A DNA stretch of 64,000 bases. It comes from Octopus sinensis. Taxonomy: Eukaryota. This document shows positions 1 to 13,256 of the stretch, piece after piece. The notes beneath the pieces were generated by a model. It was not told the DNA's origin, did no database searches, and saw only the letters and a program-made list of their open reading frames with translations. Both the position numbers and the translations under genes were made by a program. Location: positions 19,158,001-19,222,000 of the forward strand of contig NC_043000.1 in NCBI RefSeq assembly GCF_006345805.1. Direction: 5' to 3'. Position 1 is the stretch's first letter. The number at the start of each line of letters is the position of its first letter.

Positions 1-2
1 AC

Positions 3-102
3 NNNNNNNNNNNNNNNNNNNNNNNNNNNNNNNNNNNNNNNNNNNNNNNNNNNNNNNNNNNNNNNNNNNNNNNNNNNNNNNNNNNNNNNNNNNNNNNNNN
101 NN
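3..102. other. Assembly gap (100 N)
   Basis: Run of N characters. Confidence 0.98.
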
Positions 103-230
103 CTTTTCTTCTGTTGGCCTGCTTGCTTAGCCAGTGGGGTGGCGTCATTTGAAGGCTAAAACAATGCGGAGCGCATCGTGACCAGCGATGTGTAGCAACA
201 TCTGATAACCTGGTCGGTCACGGTGATACA
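103..230 (+). mobile_element. 3' part of tRNA-derived SINE, family R2
   Basis: Reverse complement of the family-specific segment at 25684-25810 and 39916-40040; truncated by the gap. Confidence 0.75.
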
Positions 231-482
231 TGTATGTATCTATGTGTGTATGCATGCACGTACGTACGTATGTATGTATGTATGTATGTATGTATGTATG
301 TATGTATGTATGTAGCATGCGTACAGTCGAAGTCCGGATTTTCAATTACATGGTCCCCCTACATTACTTGGTTTTGTAATTGATTACAAGCTTTCTCTCT
401 TCTCTGAGTCCATATCTTATATTAATCATTTACATTCTGCTCCACTCGTTAACCTGCTGAGCGTGTATACTATATGTGTATA

Positions 483-870
483 CTAGCAGTATCACCCGGC
501 GTTGCTCGGGTTTGTAAGGGAAATAACTATATAAGCATTTTTAGAGATGTAAAGTATAATAGCCATCTCAATATGGCTAACACAAAGGGGGGGTGTACTG
601 TAGCTTTTTACGTTCTGAGATTTAATAACAATTTTTAGAGAGTTACTTCCCTTATATATGCCAAAAATGCATTAAAAATGGGAAAAATTGATGGTAATTT
701 TTTTAAAATCGTAGACTCATCGTAGACGCGCGCTAATACCAGCCAGAGCTCGATATGAATCACGACTATAGGATACCCGGTTTTGGTTAAACTGCACCGC
801 AAAATGTGGGAGTAGTTAGGAATCTAAATCGTAGGAGACAGACACACAACTTGACTTTTATATATAAAGA
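483..870 (-). mobile_element. Non-autonomous Helitron, family H1
   Basis: Minus strand starts TC (870) and ends CTAG (483), sits between A and T with no TSD, and has a CCCG-N8-CGGG hairpin ~9 nt before CTAG. Homologous to four other copies in the window. Confidence 0.85.
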
Positions 871-1192
871 TGTCTTTGTGTTTATGCTTGTCCCCCACCC
901 TTTGACAACGCGTGTTTGTTTATATCCCGTTTACATTCCCGTATCACTAGAAGAACCAAATGGAATAAGTACCCGACTTAGAAATAAGTACTGGTCTCGA
1001 TTTGTTCCACAAAACCCTTTAAGGTGGTGCTACAGCTTGGCCGCACTCCAATGACTGAAATAAGTACAAGATAAAAAATTGTAGAAAGAGGGCCGCAGTG
1101 TCGAACTCCCTCCTTCACCAAAAACCAATCGCATAGAAATGGCCTTTGGAAAGGTGATTTCACTGGCGGTGCTCCAGCATGGCCACACCCTT

Positions 1193-1581
1193 GGATGCAA
1201 GCACTCCGTCGGTTACGACGATGAGGGTTCCGGTTGATCCGAATCAACGGAACAACCTGCTCGTGAAATTAACGTGTAAGTGGCTGAGCACTACACAGAC
1301 ACGTGTACCCTTAACGTAGTTCTCGGGGATATTCAGCGTGACACAGAGAGTGACAAGGCCGGCCCTTTGAAATACAGGTACAACAGAAACAGGAAGTAAG
1401 AGTGAGAGAAAGTTGTGGTGAAAGAGTACAGCAGGGATCACCACCATCCCTGCCGGAGCCTCGTGGAGCTTTAGGTGTTTTCGCTCAATAAACACTCACA
1501 ACGCCCGGTCTGGGAATCGAAACCGCGATCCTATGACCGCGAGTCCGCTGCCCTAACCACTGGGCCATTGCGCCTCCACCA
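1193..1581 (-). mobile_element. tRNA-derived SINE, family R1 (octopus OR-type), nested in an older SINE
   Basis: Head TGGAGGCGCAATGGCCCAGTGG (A box) and GGTTTCGATTCC (B box) on the minus strand; 11-bp TSD GCCACACCCTT at 1182-1192 and 1582-1592. Confidence 0.9.
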
Positions 1582-1917
1582 GCCACACCCTTAGGGCTGA
1601 AACGAATAGAAGAACAAATGAATGTTGGCCACGCTCCTGACAGAAATTGAGTACCACCACATCTAAGGGACTCTACTCTTCTTTATTAGTAGCAAACGGC
1701 ATTTAAGCAAGGGAGTGTACTCTCGTGGTCAGTAATTAAAAAGAATATTAAAAATACCTTAGTGTGTTGTCATGGTCGACACCTATTAACTTCGAAGTCA
1801 CTCTCAATATTCTTCTTCTTAGAGAATAATGACTTTCTTCTATACAAAAGTTCAGTTTAATGAAAAATTGTTTTTATCATAATTTAATATAAAAAAATGA
1901 AATATTATGAGTGCTTG

Positions 1918-1989
<72 letters not shown>

Positions 1990-2520
1990 TGTGTGTGTGT
2001 ATATGTGTGTGTGTGGTGTGTGTGTGTGTGTGTGTGTGAAAGAGAGTGAGAGAGAGAGACAGAGAGGGTAGACATTTAAAAAATTAATAATCAGTAGAAG
2101 TTACCGAATTTTTCAGGACCGAGAAGTTCGGACGTTGGCACAAATCAATATATATATATATATTCACTTACACAGGCATGCTAATGCCTGTACAAAGCTT
2201 TTGTTCATTTTATAGCCCTCTAAAGGATCCCACCAAAAAGTTGACTTTGGATGTATTTGAACTCAGCAGGGAAAGAGCTGGAAGAAATGCCACGTACCAT
2301 TTTTCTGGTGTAGTAATGATATCACCAGTTCGCAGTCTTAAGAAGGTGCAAGAAGTGATGTTTCCAAAGTATGGAAGAAGGCCAACACACTTAGGTGGTG
2401 GGATTAGTCGATTACATCGACCCCAGTGCTCAACCGGTGCTTATTTTATCGACCTCAAAAAGGGTGAAAGGCAAAGTCGACTTCGGCGGAATTTGAGCTT
2501 TACTCTCTCTCTCTCTCTCT

Positions 2521-2903
2521 TTACGCTTTTACCGGTTTCAGTCATTTGATTGTGGCCATGATGGAGCACCGCCCTTTAGTCGAGCAAATCGACCCCACGA
2601 CTTATTCTTTGTAAGCCTAGTACTTATTCTATCGGTCTCTTATGCCAAACCGCTAAGTTACGGAGACGTAAACACACCACCATCGGTTGTCAAGCGATGC
2701 TGGGGGACAAACACAGACACACAAACATATGCATACACTCATATATATATATTATATATATATTATATATATATAGTGGTTTTATCTCTAATTTAATATA
2801 ATATAATATATTATTTATACTATAAAATTGGATTTAATCCTAAATCTGATTTTCCCGTAAGTTTGGATTTATTCCCTAATATTTTATTAATTATATATAT
2901 ATC

Positions 2904-2961
<58 letters not shown>

Positions 2962-3078
2962 CATACATATATATATATATATATACATACATATACATAT
3001 ATACGATGGGCTTCTTTCAGTTTCCGTCTACCTAATCCACTAACAAGGCTTTGGTCGGCCCGAGTTTTAGAAGAAGAC
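2521..3078 (-). mobile_element. SINE family T, 5'-truncated, with expanded internal (TA)n carrying a foreign insert
   Basis: Matches the body of the full copies at 8832, 20899 and 29266; the internal microsatellite is interrupted by unrelated sequence at ~2775-2895. Confidence 0.8.
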
Positions 3079-3466
3079 AAGAGCCAGAATTGCCGTCAAG
3101 CATTCTGTCTGTCTCGCTAACATTTCTGCCAGTTCATTGCCTTGAATACCATTACAAATAATATAAGGACTTGAAGTGGGCATCAAAGAAAATTTGAAAC
3201 AGAAAATCAAATCAATGCAATCGAAGAGGTGGAGATTGATTGAATAGGTGGATGTTTGTTTAACTGACGAATACGATTAATACTGAGTGTTAATCGATAA
3301 AATACTGCTTCAAAGGATGCAATCGAGTATAAAGATATATTGACCATATCTGTAATTAAGTAAAAAAATAACAACACGGAATGGTACTTGTCCGTTAAAT
3401 TTGAATTAAAAGTATAATAGTGAAGAAGACAAGGACAAAATAAACGAATGATTAGATCCGCCTATC

Positions 3467-3504
<38 letters not shown>

Positions 3505-3537
3505 CATACATACGTACATACACACACACACACACAC

Positions 3538-3581
<44 letters not shown>

Positions 3582-3602
3582 ATATATATTATATATATAT
3601 AT

Positions 3603-4213
3603 ATGGTTATCCGTAATAATGAAGGGTGAAATTAATTAATTTGGAATAATTATCAATTACACCAAGTAGTCTTCGGCATGTAAAAGCCTCATTCGAGGAA
3701 AATTTAAGTAATACTAAGCAATAAGGGTTTAGCAACGAATTGCCTTACCACATACCGAATTTAGAAATAGCAGTCAAAGGGTATAGCTATTTCTTCTACT
3801 AAAAAGGGAGATCTCAGTAAAACAGCAATTGGAAGGCTGACACAAACAGGTAAGAGAGAATGAATTAACTGCAATCTATCAAACATTTTTAAAGTTATCT
3901 ACGGACGTACGTTTCGAAATCAAGTTTTTAGGAAAGCATAAGAATTAAATATTAAATATTAAATAAATCTATCTTACCGAAACTTCTTTTCTCTTCAGCG
4001 TAGAATACTATAATCATAAATGATTATATATTGAATTTGAGATACTAGGAGGCACCAACTCAACTCAGTATCAGAGCGAGCTAGAATCCGCAACTAGTAT
4101 CACCTTTTACTGAGATCTCCCTTTTTAGTAGAAGAAATAGCTATAACCCTTTGACTGCTATTCTAAATTCGGTATTGTGGTAAGGCAATTCGTTGCTAAA
4201 CCCTTTTGCTTAG

Positions 4214-4216
<3 letters not shown>
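3603..4216 (-). mobile_element. Hammerhead-bearing fold-back element, family A (Penelope-like/retrozyme-like, non-autonomous)
   Basis: Flanked by (TA)n on both sides; 112-bp inverted repeat 3711-3822 / 4105-4216; contains a hammerhead motif; co-linear with the 546-bp unit at 40319-44129. Confidence 0.75.
3898..4004 (-). ncRNA. Type I hammerhead ribozyme, canonical core, long stem II
   Basis: Minus strand: stem I UCUACG/CGUAGA, core CUGAAGA, stem II GAAA/UUUC extended by AAGUUU/AAACUU, GAAA, palindromic stem III ACGUACGU, GUC cleavage triplet (cut predicted between 3904 and 3903). Confidence 0.85.
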
Positions 4217-4250
<34 letters not shown>

Positions 4251-4276
4251 TATATATATATATATATGTATATACT

Positions 4277-4309
<33 letters not shown>

Positions 4310-4414
4310 GAATATATACACACATATATACATACACATAATATATACATATATATATATATATATGTATATGTACACACATACACACACACACACAATA
4401 CATATATATATATA

Positions 4415-4457
<43 letters not shown>

Positions 4458-6081
4458 GAGGTAGTTGTGTAAAGCCGAGAGCAATGCGTGAAAGTACGAA
4501 GTAAAAAACAATGAAAAAAAAAAAATTGCAGTTTTATCTTCTATTTCTATATTTCGGGAGTGAAGAACCCTTCTTCAGGACATACAGAAAAGCGGCGGTT
4601 GGAAAATGTTTGTTGCACACACTTCTGAGCAATCTGCAACTTTGATCTGTTTTCTTTTCAATTTGTTGTTTATTTTGTACCTTCTCGCATCGCTTCCAAC
4701 TTTACACAACTACATTATTCAAATTGTACCTTAAATTATGTATATACCTGTATATATGTGAATATTTATATTATATACACATACATATATATGTAATATG
4801 AAAAATGCGAAAACTGATTTATGTGTGTCAGTGTGTCACACTTTGATCCCTCTCTCACTATTCGATACACTTCTACTATTGCTCATACTGGGGTGAGAGT
4901 AATAGTAGGCATAAAGACGGTGAAGTCGGTGGCGAAGACAGAAAGAGAGAGAGAGAAAGAGAGAAAGCGAGAGAGAGAAAAGGAGAGGCGAGAAAGAGAG
5001 ACAAAGAAATTTTGGGAGAGTTGATGTTTTATTAAAAGTAGCAGGGTTGATGGTGGCAGTGAGAGTAATAATGAGAGAGAAAGAAAGAGTGGGCATGTGA
5101 GAGAAAGAGAGACTGAACACTGAACAACCATACTGAACTAACATAGTGAACATTGAATTCTTTTACACACACAGTTAGACTTTTTGTGATGATAATGGGG
5201 CGATAGTAATAGTAGGAGGCAGTGATGACGGTGGTGGTAGCGGTGGTGAGGGTAGCCGAGTTGTCAGGCTGGACGGTGAGGGTAAGCGATGTGAAAGACA
5301 ATGGTGATGGTGGTGGAGGGGAAGGCAGCGAAGTCAAAGGTATTGATGCTGGTGGCATCAGAAGTCTGAATGGTGTGTGTATGGCAGATGCTGTGGCGAC
5401 AGTGATAGTACTGCTGCTTATCATACAGCTTTGCAATAAGTTCCAAGTCGACAAATTATATCATTGCTTTCATGAAAATTGTTCATTGCTTGAAAAATAT
5501 TGTTCAAGTTTGATGATATTTGATATGTACTCAATGCATGAAGTGTCATGTCATTGTTGGGCCCAAAGCCTAATGAAGAGCCCTCCATAGAAGTTAGCTC
5601 GATATATATTATATATATATATATATATATAATCTGCTTGTTCGTTCGCCCGTTATACATTAGTTAGTTAGAGAGGTGGAGGTGAGGTTAGAGTGAGAGA
5701 GAGAGAGAGAGAGAGGGGAGGGCAAATAGCGGTGATGGTGTGTTGATATCGAAAAGTATATTTTTTATTGAATTAATATTTTTTATAGCGACAATCGCAT
5801 ACGCATTAGAGGAATTATTTATCGTCCATTCACTTAAAATATTGATATTTGTTTATAGGCGCTAATTTAGCCTAAACTCTGGATTCCCAAAAGAGACATG
5901 GTTGCAAGCTGCTCGGGAAATGATGCCCAGATATAGTGAACGAATGAGAGAGTAACTGTAGGAAGACGTAATAAAAAGAGGTAAGTGGCAACATCGATCG
6001 ATGGATACATGAGGAAATGAATGCAGACGAAATTCAAGAATATTTAAAGAAAGCTAAACTATGAATGCTATATATATATAT

Positions 6082-6122
<41 letters not shown>

Positions 6123-6439
6123 ATATATATTATATATATATATATATATGTGCAGGCATGGCTCTGCATAGGCGCAAATACACGGCAGTGTGGTAAAGAC
6201 GCCGTGTTGCAACCACATTTTCGGATTCAGATTTACAAACATAGAAGTTCGGCAAATAACAATAAGTACCAGACTTAAAGAAGAAATACTGGGACCGATC
6301 TGCTCAGCTAAACTCCGTCAGGGCAGTGCCCCAACATGGCCGCAATCCAATGACTGAAGCAAACAGAAGATAAAAATAAGAAATATACATACACACATAC
6401 ACAAGCCACTCCGTACATATATGTATGTATGTATGTATG

Positions 6440-6482
<43 letters not shown>

Positions 6483-6626
6483 CTCGCGATTTCGGCTGAT
6501 TATATATATATATGTGTGTGTGTGTGTGTAGAAAAATATATACACACATACACAGAAACATTAACAGGCACATGTATGTGTTGTGTTTGAATTTTGGTAT
6601 CTATATCATCATCATCATCATCATTA

Positions 6627-6689
<63 letters not shown>

Positions 6690-7187
6690 CATAAGTCTAA
6701 CGAATCGGCAGAATTGTTAAAGCGTCGAACTTTATCGTGCTTTGCGATCATTTCTTTCGGTTCTTCGCATCATTCTCGAGATTTGGTAAATGCATTTACA
6801 CTTGGCTATTCTCTTCTTTCACACTCGTTGAGTAGCTTCATGTTTAAACCAGTGAATTGTGGAATAAATTAATATACGTACCAGTTTTAGGAGCTGAAAA
6901 GAGAAAAAAATAAATTAGACTTTAGCAATATGTAGTTTTCTTTTCATTGGCTCAATGCCAAAAAAAAAAAAAAAAATAGAGAAAGAAAACGAGAGAGGTA
7001 AGATTTTGAGATTTACGTACATGCTTCTCTCAGGAAAACAAGCATCATAAATAAAATATATGTTCAGGTGAAAAAGTAAGGTGTATTATGGCCTCGTCTT
7101 GCAAGAGAGTCTGCTTTCCTACCCAAGGTGAAATTATTTGACCTTACGACTACGAATAAGCTACATACATCCGTATATTCATACACA

Positions 7188-7228
<41 letters not shown>

Positions 7229-7455
7229 CACACGCACACACACACACGCACACATACTAACACATACACATATATACATGTATATATACATCTATGTATG
7301 CATGCGTGTACATATACATGTGTGTGTGTATGTATGTATCTGTCTATCTTTCTATTTATCTACCTATCTCTCTCTCTCTCTCTCTCTCTCTGAAGTTAAA
7401 GAATATATATATATTCTTTAACTTGTTTCAGTCATTTTGACTGCAGTCATGCTAG

Positions 7456-7533
<78 letters not shown>

Positions 7534-8549
7534 ACGCTATGTGCAGGTTTCTAGGTCTCTAGTTCATGGTATTGTCTTCTACCTCTAATTAATGGTACTT
7601 ATTTTGTCAATCATAAGGTTTGGAAACCAAAGTAATACCATCCCGCTCTTAATTTTAAAAGCTACGCCGGCTGTTATCACAAACTTTCAACATTCGCTGG
7701 TCTACAACAAATATCATTAATATACTGTGGAAGAACCAATATATCCTTCCTTCCTACATAAATAACCCACGCACATTTGCAGAGATTCAATACTGACAGT
7801 GGAAAATTAGATTAGCCAATAAAAATACCAATTTGATACGGAAAAGAGAAGCGAGAAGCGACGGTGGATATTCTTAGTTCGAATTCCACAGGCGATTTTT
7901 GCTTTTCTTTCATTGGATGTGATAAAATAAAGTACTAGGCAAAAACTGGGTCACTATGATAAACTAAATCACTCCCAAGAATTTGAGGCCGTGTGTTCCC
8001 TACATAAGAAATCAACGTCAATTTATCCTGGAAATTTAAGTAAATCATTCATTCATTCATTCATAAAATTAACACTGATCGTGCAAAACATGTAGAATAA
8101 ACTCCCACACGCACGCACATATGCAGGTACGCAAACGCACATTTGAATGCATAAAATCTTTGAGTAATGACGTGGGGAATTCATCATCTTCGGGCGAATA
8201 TATATATATATATATTGAGTATATGTGTGGATGTTTACCTGTACGTCTGTGTGTGTGTGAGTATGTATGTAAGTATGTATGTATGTATGTATGTATGTAT
8301 CTGTCGTGAGTTCAATTCCGGACGTCGCGTTGTGCCCTTGAGCAAGACACTTTATTTCACGTTGCTCCAGTCCACTCACCTGGCAAAAATGAGTTACACC
8401 TGTATTTCAAAGGGCCAGCCTTGTCACGCTCCGTGTCACGCTGAATCTCACTAAGAACTACCTGCTACTTGCACGTTCATTTCAGGATCAAGTTGTTCCG
8501 TTGATCGTATCAGCTGGGACCATCGTCGTCGTAATCGACGGAGTGCTCT

Positions 8550-8805
<256 letters not shown>

Positions 8806-8831
8806 AAATATATATATATATATAAAATATA

Positions 8832-8996
8832 GGCGCAGGAGTGGCTGTGTGGTAAGTAGCTTGTTTACCAACCACATGGTTCTGTGTTCAGTCCCACTGC
8901 GTGGCATCTTGGGTAAGTGTCTTCAGCTATAGCCCCGGGCCGACCAATGCCTTGTGAGTGGATTTGGTAGACGGAAACTGAAAGAAGCCTGTCGTA

Positions 8997-9033
<37 letters not shown>

Positions 9034-9259
9034 GTGTGTGTGTGTCTGTGTTTACCCCCCCCCCCAACATTGCTTGACAACCGATGCTGGTGTGTTTACG
9101 TCCCCGTTACTTAGCGGTTCGGCAAAAGAGACCGATAGAATAAGTACTGGGCTTACAAAGAATAAGTCCTGGGGTCGATTTGCTCGACTAAAAGGCGGTG
9201 CTCCAGCATGGCCGCAGTCAAATGACTGAAACAAGTAAAAGGGTAAAAGAGTAAAGAGA
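8832..9259 (+). mobile_element. Full-length tRNA-derived SINE, family T
   Basis: Head GGCGCAGGAGTGGCTGTGTGG, B-box-like GTTCAGTCCC, internal (TA/TG)n, (GTAAAAGA)n tail; multiple copies in the window. Confidence 0.88.
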
Positions 9260-9264
9260 ATATA

Positions 9265-9470
9265 TCGTAATCTCTCGATTATCGCGTTCCAAAACGCCCC
9301 GTGATAGGTGAAAATCCGCGAAGTAGAAACAGTACTGTATATTTTCTTTATTTTTTATAATTTGTATATATTTATTTTATTGTAAATGCAAAACAACACC
9401 ACAGAGGAACCGACGTAAGCTTAAACAATAAACCGCGATAGGTGAACCGCGATATGGCGAGGGATTACTG
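9265..9470. mobile_element. Tigger/pogo-like MITE
   Basis: Imperfect ~22-bp TIRs (TCGTAATCTCTCGATTATCGCG versus the reverse complement of CGCGATATGGCGAGGGATTACTG), flanked by TA on both sides. Confidence 0.65.
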
Positions 9471-9483
9471 TATACATATTCAG

Positions 9484-9514
<31 letters not shown>

Positions 9515-9639
9515 TGTGTGTGTGTGTGTGTATTCATTCTTTCATATATACGTGTCAGCGTATGCTTGTACGATTGAGTAAACATACTAATGTTGATGCA
9601 ATTAATGACTGAATGGTACATAAGAATTGAATTACTTAC

Positions 9640-10179
9640 ATATGCATTGCACTGCATTCTTGATCGATCCTATGAGGGCGTTGGAATTCAAATTAAACAC
9701 ATAATAGCCTGTTGGTCGACTTGCAATCATCCTTAAGTCCACTTGATTGTTCATATATGTGTCACCAACAGCGAATACCTTAATGTTTTTTGCCATTAAT
9801 GCTTTCGCAGCTGCTATCGGATTATCTGAACTTTGACCGTCTGTTAAAACTATCGCGATTTTGGTAGCGGTTCGTCTCGCTCTGTGACTTCTGAATCCAT
9901 CGGCCAGTAAACTCTTTAAAGCTGATCCTATTTTCGTGCTTCCACCCATCGGGTTTAAACGGCCGAGGAACTTTTTGAGGTAGGAAACATCGAAAGTCAG
10001 ATCAAGGTTCAGATAGAATGAATCACTAAATGTTGCGATGCCGATATGGACTTTTCCATATTCGATTTCCAAAGAATCCAGCGTCTTATTCACAAAAATC
10101 TTCTGTTTTTCAAAGAGTTGGCTGGTACTGTCTGACGAATCAAGCAAGAAGAAAATGTCTGCTTTATCTTTTGTACATT
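9640..10179 (-). CDS. Internal exon encoding a VWA domain with intact MIDAS (collagen VI/matrilin-like multi-VWA protein)
   Basis: Acceptor aaacag|AA at 10179 and donor T|GTAAGT at 9640; 540 bp, phase 1-1. Translation CTKDKADIFFLLDSSDS...GGSTKIG...IAIVLTDGQS...IKVFAVG shows DxSxS, T and D. Confidence 0.9.
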
Positions 10180-10567
10180 CTGTTTTAAGAAATTAGAAAA
10201 AAATACGAAATCATAAAAGCAGTCGTTAAAATTTCTCTGAAATAAAAAGATGGCGAGTAGGAAAAAATGGTTGGACATTGGAACTTAATATTTAGTTTTG
10301 AGGACGTCATAATCTGAGTGATAATTCTACTGTGGTATACTTTGTCTTTTTCTCTTCCGAGGTGGATAAAATGAACAAAAATTATAATTCTTAATTCCGT
10401 CTCTCTATATTCTAAGCTTCGATAGCAATAATATATTGGAAGTGTTTTTAATATATATCCTATAGAAAATTTGGTCCATAACAGGAAAAAAGTATGAAAA
10501 TACAATTTTTTTAAAAAATAAGGATACATATACATTTATAACGCGTATCCGTGAATTAAACACACTT

Positions 10568-10981
10568 CTATTTCTTTACTACCCACAAGGGGCTAAACAC
10601 AGAGGGGACAAACAAGGACAGACAAACGGATTAAGTCGATTACATCGACCCCAGTGCGTAACTGGTGCTTAATTTATCGACCCCGAAAGAATGAAAGGCA
10701 AAGTCGACCTCGGCGGAATTTGAACTCAGAACGTAGCGGCAGACGAAATACCTATTTCTTTATTACCCACAAGGGGCTAAACATAGAGGGGACAAACAAG
10801 GACAGACATAGGCATTAAGTCGATTACATCGACCCCAGTGCGTAACTGGTACTTAATTTATCGACCCCGAAAGGATGAAAGGTAAAGTCGACCTCGGCGG
10901 AATTTGAACTCAGAACGTAGCGGCAGACGAAATACCGTTAAGCATTTCGCCCGCCGTACTAACGATTCTACCAGCTCGCCG
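10568..10981 (-). mobile_element. SINE family M, head-to-tail composite (one head, two bodies)
   Basis: About 184-bp body duplicated (10568-10751 and 10752-10931); junction gaaatac|ctatttc; single 5' head ending at 10981. Confidence 0.85.
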
Positions 10982-11926
10982 CTTTCGTTGATTTAATCAT
11001 CAGCCAAATTATCCATGATAAGGAAGTCTGATTTTATGAGAAGTAAATAGGACACTGTGTCCTCATACCACTGAGTTATTACCAATCAAAAAGAAGCAAA
11101 ACAGTTTCAGTTTATGTTTTCTACGCTCTGAGCTCTATTCGCTGCAACTTTCCCCCACTATACGGTGTTCACTACATAAGTAAATCGTTGAAAATAAGTT
11201 ACTTTATATCATATTCAAAGCACCGTTGAACGTTTTCATTGAGAAATCGCGAAATTCAGTTTAAAACATACCGCAAAGTTATAGTATCAACATTCATTAA
11301 CTTCTATACATAACTTTTTTTTAATATCCATTCTCTGTTAATAGGAACTTTTATGTATTACCATCGGTTAGTGGCATAGTTTAGAGAAAAGTAACGGTAG
11401 ACCGAGTTTGGGATAGGGATTAGATTATTCCTTGTAATTATCTTATTTACTCTGTCAATCCATTTTTAAAAATCATGAAAGTAGAATCGTGAATTTCATT
11501 TCCTGCTCGAGGTTTTTCAACTGAACTGCCCGTTCACGAACTGCCCATACACGAACTGCCTCGATGTCGACATATGAAATTGATGGTAATAACCAATAGT
11601 ATGTATGGCAAGCATCCACATAGCTTCCTTCCACCAAATTCATTCATAAAATATTTATCGGTCCTGAGCTATAGTAGAAGACACTTGGCCAAAATGCTGT
11701 GCAAAGGCTCACATACAACAGATAAAATAATGCTTATTGTCTAGAATTAATATAGCTTATCACAATGTCAGCATTCTAGAATGTAGCCGCCAGTTTGCAA
11801 CTGATTAAGAGTACGTTAACCATGTCATCGAGGACCGGCTAAGGCTATGGCAAAACCTTTCCTCCAAATATTAAAAATAAATAAATAAATAAATAAATGA
11901 TAATAATATTAATAATAATGGGGGGA

Positions 11927-12313
11927 AATGGAAGCACTCCGTCGGTTACGACGACGAGCGTTCCGGTTGATCCGAATCAACGGAACAGCCTGCTCGTGAA
12001 ATTAACGTGCAAGTGGCTGAGCACTCCACAGACACGTGCACCCTTAACGTAGTTCTCGGGGATATTCAGCATGACACAGAGAGTGACAAGGCCGGCCCTT
12101 TGAAATGCAAGGTACAACAGAAACAGGAAGTAAGAGTGAGAGAAAGTTGTGGCGAAAGAGTACAGCAGGGATCACCACCATCCCCTGCCGGAGCCTCGTG
12201 GAGCTTTAGGTGTTTTCGCTCAATAAACATTCACAACGCCCGGTCTGGGAATCGAAACCGCGATCCTACGACCGCGAGTCTGCTGCCCTAACCACTGGGC
12301 CATTGCGCCTCCA
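11927..12313 (-). mobile_element. SINE family R1
   Basis: Near-identical to 1193-1581 and 17232-17619. Confidence 0.9.
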
Positions 12314-13256
12314 CTAATAATAATAGTAATAATAAGAAAGAAAGAAATAAAGAAAGAAAGAAAGAAGAAAGAAAATATGAAGTGAAACCAGCGTATCAGT
12401 TTTCACTATTCTGTTAAAAAAGAAAGTTATCCCAAGACGAAAGTTGAAAGCTTAAACCTAAAATATTTAGCAATCATACGAATATCTAAAGGGTACGTTT
12501 TCAGCCGTCTGCACCACCCACGCTGAGTTGTTTGGCTACGTCATACGTCAGTATTAATATACCCAAATAGAAATGGAGTGAGGAAACATAGGAATGATTC
12601 TCAAAATAGTTTTGATGACCTTTATTTAGTCTTAAATTGTAGAGGTTATTTTCAGAGACAGATGAAGCATCATTAATACAAATTTATTGAAAACATTTTC
12701 CAAAAGTACAGAATTAATCTGGAAGTCGCTATTCTTTCAAACCCATGGTTATTAACTTAACCTAATATTGGCATCTATCAACGCAACTACTGTACACTTC
12801 GCACCCCCGCCACCACCACACACATATAAATAATTGAGATTCAGTTGAATTAGGTACTTAAGTTAAAGCACCAAGTCGATCCGGTATTATCCGCACAACT
12901 CGAAGTAAAGTGAATAAAATCAAAATAAGCAACAGGATATCAAGAAGGGATGCAGTACACACACACACATATAGGAATTACAACCGTGTTTCGTGGTTTG
13001 CTACCACAGCAGCTCCTTTATAGGATCCAGTTAGCTCAAGACATCATGAGGAGAAACCACGTCCGGTTTCAGCCCCTACTCCTCTACCGTTCTGACGTGC
13101 CCCCCCTCCTTTCGGAGGTGTCTTCAGCTCTGGTGTTGGGTGCAATGTTTCTTCTTTCTTCTGTTCCCTGGCCTCTTCGATGTAGCGTCAACGAGTGTCA
13201 GCGAGCGACTGACTGTCTTGTCAATTTTTTTCCTTTAAATACCTGCTGCTAGGCTT

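Noticed and set aside
5032-5590. Thr/Pro-rich or Gly/Val-rich ORFs as a mucin-like exon
   Set aside because: They arise from degenerate (GGT/GAT)n sequence, are open on both strands, and have no clear splice signals.
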